In this document: piece by piece, positions 59,518 to 64,000 of the stretch
How the letters are laid out: every line of letters begins with the position of its first letter
Position numbering within the stretch: the first letter of the stretch is position 1
NCBI GenBank assembly: GCA_963816355.1
Contig: CAWFKH010000001.1
Coordinates: forward strand, 288,001-352,000
DNA from: an uncultured Gemmatimonadales bacterium
GTDB taxonomy: Bacteria > Gemmatimonadota > Gemmatimonadetes > Longimicrobiales > RSA9
Direction: 5' to 3'
Length of the DNA: 64,000 nt
Notes under the pieces: model-generated
What the model was told of the DNA's origin: nothing
Database searches by the model: none
Seen by the model: the letters and a program-made list of their open reading frames with translations, nothing else
Translations under genes and position numbers: made by a program

Positions 59518-60804
59518 ATGAAGGAGAGCACGCGCGTCGTGGTGGCGCTCGCCGCCGGACTGGCGGGCGGGGCCGCGATCGCGGCGTCCGGCAGCGCGCG
59601 GCTCGTGCACGTCGCCGACGCGATCGCGCCCATCGGCACGCTGTGGGTGAACGCGATCCGCATGACGGTGATCCCGCTGGTGGTGTCGCTGCTGATCACG
59701 GGGATCGCGTCCGCGGCCGACCTGCGCGCGATCGGCCGCATCGGCACGCGCACCCTGCTCGTCTTCGTCGCGCTGCTCGGCGGCGTGGCGCTGCTCGTGG
59801 TGCCGCTCGCGCCGTCTCTCTTCGCGGCGCTGCCGTTCGAGAGTGGGGGCCGGCCGCCGCTGCCCGCCGGTGCGGCGGAGGCGGCGCGCGGGCTCGGCGC
59901 CGCCGGCGGCGCGCCCGGGTTCGGCGCGTGGCTCACGTCGCTGATGCCCACCAATCCGGTCGCGGCCGCGGCGAACGACGCGATGCTGCCGCTGATCGTC
60001 TTCACCGTGCTGCTCGCGCTGGCGATCGCCCGCAGCCCGGGCGCGGCGCGCGACACGCTGATCGGATTCTTCGAGGCGCTGCGGGAAACGATGCTGGTGC
60101 TGGTGCGCTGGATCATCGCCGCGGCGCCGGTCGGCGTCTTCGCGCTGCTCCTGCCGCTGGCGGCGCACGGCGGCGCCGCGCTCGCCGGCTCCGTCGGCCT
60201 CTTCGTCCTCGTCTACTCGGTGGCGTGCATCGCGCTCGTGCTGCTGCTCCTGCCAGTGGGCGCGATCGGCGGGCGCATCCCGCTGCGCCGCTTCGCGCGC
60301 GCCCTCCTGCCGCCGCAGCTCATCGCCTTCAGCTCCAGCTCCTCGATCGCGTCGCTGCCGGTCATGATCGAGGCCGCCGACGAGGAGCTGGGCCTGCCCA
60401 CCCGCGTCAGCGGCTTCGTCCTGCCGCTCGCCGTCTCCACCTTCCACGTCGCCGCGCCCGTCTCGTGGACGCTCGGCGCGCTCTTCGTCGCGTGGTTCTA
60501 CGCCGTACCGCTCCACTTCGCGCAGTTCGCGATCGTCGCCTTCGCCGCCGTCTTCCTCGCCTTCGTCGCGCCGGGCGTGCCGCGCGGCGCGTTCCTCATG
60601 CTCGCGCCGCTCTTCGCGGCCGTCGGCCTGCCGATCGAGGGCATCGGCATCCTGATCGCCGTCGACGCGATCCCCGACCTCTTCGGCACCGTCCTCAACG
60701 TCACGGGCGACATGGTCGCCGTCGCCCTCGCCGCGCGCTTCCAGCCGGAAGACGATGCCCTCCCGGCACACGCGCCGCCACGAAAGGCGGCCGTGGGCGG
60801 GTGA
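59518..60804 (+). CDS. Dicarboxylate/amino acid:cation symporter (DAACS)
   Basis: G.LW.NAIRM.VIPL, P.NP, AF.SSSS.ASLP, FVLPL, GVP and D...D...T.LNVTGD. Confidence 0.92.
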   Translation: MKESTRVVVALAAGLAGGAAIAASGSARLVHVADAIAPIGTLWVNAIRMTVIPLVVSLLITGIASAADLRAIGRIGTRTLLVFVALLGGVALLVVPLAPSLFAALPFESGGRPPLPAGAAEAARGLGAAGGAPGFGAWLTSLMPTNPVAAAANDAMLPLIVFTVLLALAIARSPGAARDTLIGFFEALRETMLVLVRWIIAAAPVGVFALLLPLAAHGGAALAGSVGLFVLVYSVACIALVLLLLPVGAIGGRIPLRRFARALLPPQLIAFSSSSSIASLPVMIEAADEELGLPTRVSGFVLPLAVSTFHVAAPVSWTLGALFVAWFYAVPLHFAQFAIVAFAAVFLAFVAPGVPRGAFLMLAPLFAAVGLPIEGIGILIAVDAIPDLFGTVLNVTGDMVAVALAARFQPEDDALPAHAPPRKAAVGG

Positions 60805-60822
60805 GGCGCCGCCGGCCGACGC

Positions 60823-61698
60823 TCATCTTGCGCCGCGACCCGAACCGAACTGCTCGTACACGGCGTCGATCCGCCCGCCCGCGCTCTCGATGCCGCGCGT
60901 CCAGATCACCACGACGCCGCAGCGCGTGTTCACGCCCGCGTTGAAGCGAATCGGCACGGTGGCGCCGTGCACGTAGACCTCGACGCCGCCGATCTCCTCC
61001 GGACGCAGGTCGTCGATCTCGAACGTATTCGGCTCACGGACGCCGTCGACGAAGTATTCCATCGGGCAATCGCCGTCCTGGCGCAGCCGGCCGGTCATCG
61101 GGTCGAAGTTCACCACGGATGGGGGCACCGTTGCCGCCCGCAGCTTGCACCGGTTTGCGGTTCCCTGGCAGATGAGCATGATGCCAGGGGCTTCTCGGAC
61201 GACGTCGCTCGCCTGCCGCGGGTTCAGGCGCTCGATGTCCGCGGCGTCGACGAAGTAGCCGCCCACGCTGCGCGCGCGTCTCTGATAGAAGCCGCCCATT
61301 GCCGTGGAGGGCCCGGCGCGGGCGGTGACGCCCTTCACCGACACCGGCTCCACAGCGAGCTCCACGCGCAGGGGCGTCTCTTCCGCTCCGACGTGTACCA
61401 CGCGGCTCACCGGCTCGTAGCCGACGGAACGGACGCGCAGCAGGTGGTCGCCGGCGGGGACGTCGGGGAACCGGAAAGCGCCGTCGCGGCCCGTGAGCAT
61501 CCCTCGCGAGGAGCCGGCGGAGTCGACGCCGGCGCCGAGGACGACGAGGACATCGGCGAGGGCTCGGTCGGTGCCCGCCTCGGTGACGCGGCCCATCACG
61601 ATGTGGCGCGCCGCGTTCGCGGCTTCTTGAGCCCGGCCCGGGGCTGCCGCAAGAGAAAGGAGATGCGCGGCCATCAGAAAGCAAACGAAACGTCGCAT
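60823..61698 (-). CDS. Carboxypeptidase-regulatory-like domain plus TonB-receptor plug-like domain (no barrel)
   Basis: Signal peptide, GRV......L..V.V, T..DG.F.F..VP.G...L.V..VGY, GFYQRR, D.....PG, C...YFVDG, EI.GVEVY and CGVVVIWT. Confidence 0.82.
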   Translation of the reverse strand: MRRFVCFLMAAHLLSLAAAPGRAQEAANAARHIVMGRVTEAGTDRALADVLVVLGAGVDSAGSSRGMLTGRDGAFRFPDVPAGDHLLRVRSVGYEPVSRVVHVGAEETPLRVELAVEPVSVKGVTARAGPSTAMGGFYQRRARSVGGYFVDAADIERLNPRQASDVVREAPGIMLICQGTANRCKLRAATVPPSVVNFDPMTGRLRQDGDCPMEYFVDGVREPNTFEIDDLRPEEIGGVEVYVHGATVPIRFNAGVNTRCGVVVIWTRGIESAGGRIDAVYEQFGSGRGAR

Positions 61699-61784
61699 AG
61701 CGCCTCCGAACGTCCATACCCATTGTCGCCCTCGAGGTGCCCGGCTCGGGGGGGCGCCTGGCTACAAGGGAATTGCCGAGAGCG

Positions 61785-61988
61785 CTATTGAGGGAAGCTC
61801 GGGCAGCATGGGTCGTTGCTGGAGCTTCCGCACCAAATTGGAGTGCATGTGTCGTTTCCGTCAGGCGAATAGTTGAACGTCCAACTTGCCGCGCTTACCG
61901 CGGTAGCGTGGACGAATTGGCCCCCTGCTGCAAACATAATGGCAGTCAACAGAACTGTACCAGTCATCATGACTTTCCTCATTGTCAT
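61785..61988 (-). CDS. Secreted Cys-rich peptide (putative precursor; C-x4-C-x7-CC core)
   Basis: Sec-type signal followed by SWTFNYSPDGNDTCTPIWCGSSSNDPCCPSFPQ. ATGA overlap with the upstream gene and RBS GAGGAGG. Confidence 0.75.
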   Translation of the reverse strand: MTMRKVMMTGTVLLTAIMFAAGGQFVHATAVSAASWTFNYSPDGNDTCTPIWCGSSSNDPCCPSFPQ

Positions 61989-62530
61989 TCCTCCTCGTCA
62001 TGTGTAGTGTGTGATCCCTGCGCTCCCGAGCCGGTCACGAAGGCATCGATCTGTCCTATGACACGGCGTGTTCCGTCGGAAATCGGCCGATCCGTCACGG
62101 CCCGCTGGCCAGACCACTCGGCGAGGACGGTATCGTGCACGATGAGGTACATGGCGGGAATGGTCGCCGTACGGAAGACACGCCCATAGTCATTGCTCGT
62201 CACGGGCACGATGGTGGCGGCGATTCTCTCGGTGGCAAGAAACGCCTTCAGTAGATCGGTCGGTGCGCCGTTCGGCATCACGACCAGGCGCAGGTCGGCG
62301 GCGAGCTTTCGCGTAAGGCGGCGCAATTCTGTCTTCGGGGCGACGCATGCGTAGCAGTCCTCGATCCGCACAGCCCACACGATGGTGTACTTCCGGTCAT
62401 TGGGGAGTTCCCACCCGAGTGGTATGGCGTGATTCACTGCGGATTCCGCGGATTCCGTGTCTGCGTGATCCGCCGGAAAGCAGGCCGACGATAGCCAGAT
62501 AGTGAGGCCTACATACGCAAGCTTTCGCAT
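61985..62530 (-). CDS. Thioredoxin-fold-like lipoprotein (CxxC)
   Basis: Lipobox-like LSSAC, a beta-strand then DCYAC and helix, and a later TIPAMYLI segment at the cis-Pro position. Confidence 0.65.
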   Translation of the reverse strand: MRKLAYVGLTIWLSSACFPADHADTESAESAVNHAIPLGWELPNDRKYTIVWAVRIEDCYACVAPKTELRRLTRKLAADLRLVVMPNGAPTDLLKAFLATERIAATIVPVTSNDYGRVFRTATIPAMYLIVHDTVLAEWSGQRAVTDRPISDGTRRVIGQIDAFVTGSGAQGSHTTHDEEE

Positions 62531-63627
62531 CGCACGAGTCGGTTGGGCGTCATGGCGGCCGGAGCCTGGAAGAAGGCAGTGCCGCTCTGGCGGTCGACGA
62601 GTAGAAGCTTAGGGGCGTCCGCGATCTCGAACTGCTTATGGCCGGAGAGGTCGACCCCGATCAGAGACCATTCGATCTGACCCCGACTGCGATTGGCGTA
62701 CTGAACGAGGAAGCCGCGCCCGGGGACGTACTGGACGTCTTCCATTTCGGAGAAAGAGGAGATCCAGCGGTCGAGCGCGGCCGTATGCCCCTGAGTCCTC
62801 GGCGGCGGTGACTTGGGCGGGCGAAAGCGCATGGCATGAAGTGGCGTCTTCCGTAAAGCCGTGCCCAAGCGCGAAAACTCGTACAGCGTGTCCGAGAGGG
62901 AGAAGACCGCTGCGGTGCGGTTCGGTGCGAGCGTGACTGCCGCCCATGCGAAAGAATTGAGCGGGAAGCGTAGCTTCGGGCTAACGGGCGGAACCGGAAA
63001 GAAGCTTCGCAAAATCGCCCCCGTGCGGCTATCTACGACGTGGAGCAAGTCGTCAGGCTTGCGGCCGACCACACGCCCGGCCATAAGGAGCGTCGAGTCC
63101 GAGAGCGCATCCCCTCCGTAGACGATCAGGCCGGGCACGTCGACGCTGTGCTCGAGTGAGTCGAGCGGAGTGTTGAACCACTTCAGGTTGCCTGCGAGCT
63201 CCGCTACCAGGACCTGTGACGTCCCACCGATCCAGCGTGCAATGGCAGGATTCTGGAATTCACGGGGTCCGTCTCCCTTGTGGCCGAACGTGTCGAGAAG
63301 CTTGCCGTCACGCGCGTACAGCCGAACTTGGCGCTCCTTCGGATCCATAACTAGGAGAGTGTCTCTGCCTGCCTGGGCCAATCGAGGCAATACGTTGATT
63401 GTGCTGTCGTTTTCCTCCAGCGCAATGCGACTCGCGTCGACGCAGAGCGAGTCGAACGTCATGTTTTCCAGCGGTGTTGCGTCTTTAGCTGCTCGCCCAT
63501 TGCAGCCCAAACCGGCAGCAGCGCTGAGCATTGCCGTAGCGAAGACGAACAGGAAGAAGCGGTCTGGCACTGGGGTCCTCGGGGGCAAAGATAACCACGC
63601 CAAGGAGACGACACGACGAAAGATCAC
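62509..63627 (-). CDS. 6-bladed beta-propeller (NHL-like) lipoprotein
   Basis: Lipobox GLGC. LLV.D...QVRLY..DG.LL..FG..GDGP.EF..P is the typical first-blade motif. The exact start is uncertain. Confidence 0.82.
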   Translation of the reverse strand: MIFRRVVSLAWLSLPPRTPVPDRFFLFVFATAMLSAAAGLGCNGRAAKDATPLENMTFDSLCVDASRIALEENDSTINVLPRLAQAGRDTLLVMDPKERQVRLYARDGKLLDTFGHKGDGPREFQNPAIARWIGGTSQVLVAELAGNLKWFNTPLDSLEHSVDVPGLIVYGGDALSDSTLLMAGRVVGRKPDDLLHVVDSRTGAILRSFFPVPPVSPKLRFPLNSFAWAAVTLAPNRTAAVFSLSDTLYEFSRLGTALRKTPLHAMRFRPPKSPPPRTQGHTAALDRWISSFSEMEDVQYVPGRGFLVQYANRSRGQIEWSLIGVDLSGHKQFEIADAPKLLLVDRQSGTAFFQAPAAMTPNRLVRCESLRM

Positions 63628-63702
63628 GTTGAAAATGTCACGCGAGCCGCGGCGTGGCTACCCAGGATGTGGTACAAGTTACGCGCGATTTGGCACGAGG
63701 TA

Positions 63703-64000
63703 TCAACTCCGTCCCTGGCTGCTTGCGTGCTGTCCCAGCAGACGCAGCGCGGCACCGAGGGAAGCCGCCTTGATTCGGCCGAGTGGAAGTCCGGTGAGGC
63801 GCCCCGCCTGCCGGCCGAGGTCGTCTCCGCTGCGGTATCCGTAGCGGCGGGCGAGCCGCTCCCGTGTGAGCGGACCGTGGGACGCGGCGTAGGCGAGCGC
63901 GGCAGCGAGTCGGAGGCGGTCAAGGACCGGCTTCGGCCGTGTTTCCGTGTGCACGCGGAAGAGGCGTTGCAGGTCCTTGGCCGATGTCGCTCGCCCGGCC
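63703..64000 (-). CDS. AraC-type helix-turn-helix regulator (C-terminal part; 5' end outside the window)
   Basis: Manual extension: S.KDLQRLFR.H....P..VL..LRL..A.......T.E.LA..YGY.S...L.R....LTG, the AraC double-HTH pattern. Confidence 0.65.
   Translation of the reverse strand, partial: AGRATSAKDLQRLFRVHTETRPKPVLDRLRLAAALAYAASHGPLTRERLARRYGYRSGDDLGRQAGRLTGLPLGRIKAASLGAALRLLGQHASSQGRS

Overview
A 64 kb, very GC-rich bacterial chromosome segment. The gene mix (TamA/TamB-like pair, carboxypeptidase-regulatory/plug protein, barrel-fused NlpC/P60) suggests a diderm such as Gemmatimonadota; this is inference. It is mostly housekeeping and metabolic genes: the 5' part of a sufCBD operon behind a sigma70 promoter and Fur-like box, dacB, a PLP decarboxylase, a GAF-GGDEF cyclase, M20/M42 peptidases, ispH, an L,D-transpeptidase, rhodanese plus SufU-like, udk, an aminotransferase, a degenerate DEAD-box protein, hup, a POT transporter, topoisomerase IB, csoR-copA-copZ, tdk, a cytochrome b/Mo-oxidoreductase pair, MATE, gltA and bioY. 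No rRNA, tRNA, CRISPR array or transposase was recognised. The most notable observations are: (1) a lower-GC cassette at the right end with an AraC-type regulator, a beta-propeller lipoprotein, a thioredoxin-like CxxC lipoprotein, a secreted Cys-rich peptide and a plug-like protein, which looks like an undescribed peptide signalling or maturation system; (2) a c-di-GMP-I riboswitch with a sigma54-like promoter, IHF-like site and SD-sequestering hairpin upstream of an unknown lipoprotein; (3) a tandem pair of palindromic MITE/REP-like elements at a local GC-skew inversion; (4) an intact CHY zinc-finger reading frame with no canonical start codon, overlapping the bioY stop; (5) a catalytically dead DEAD-box/DbpA protein. 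All calls are by eye, without database searches.
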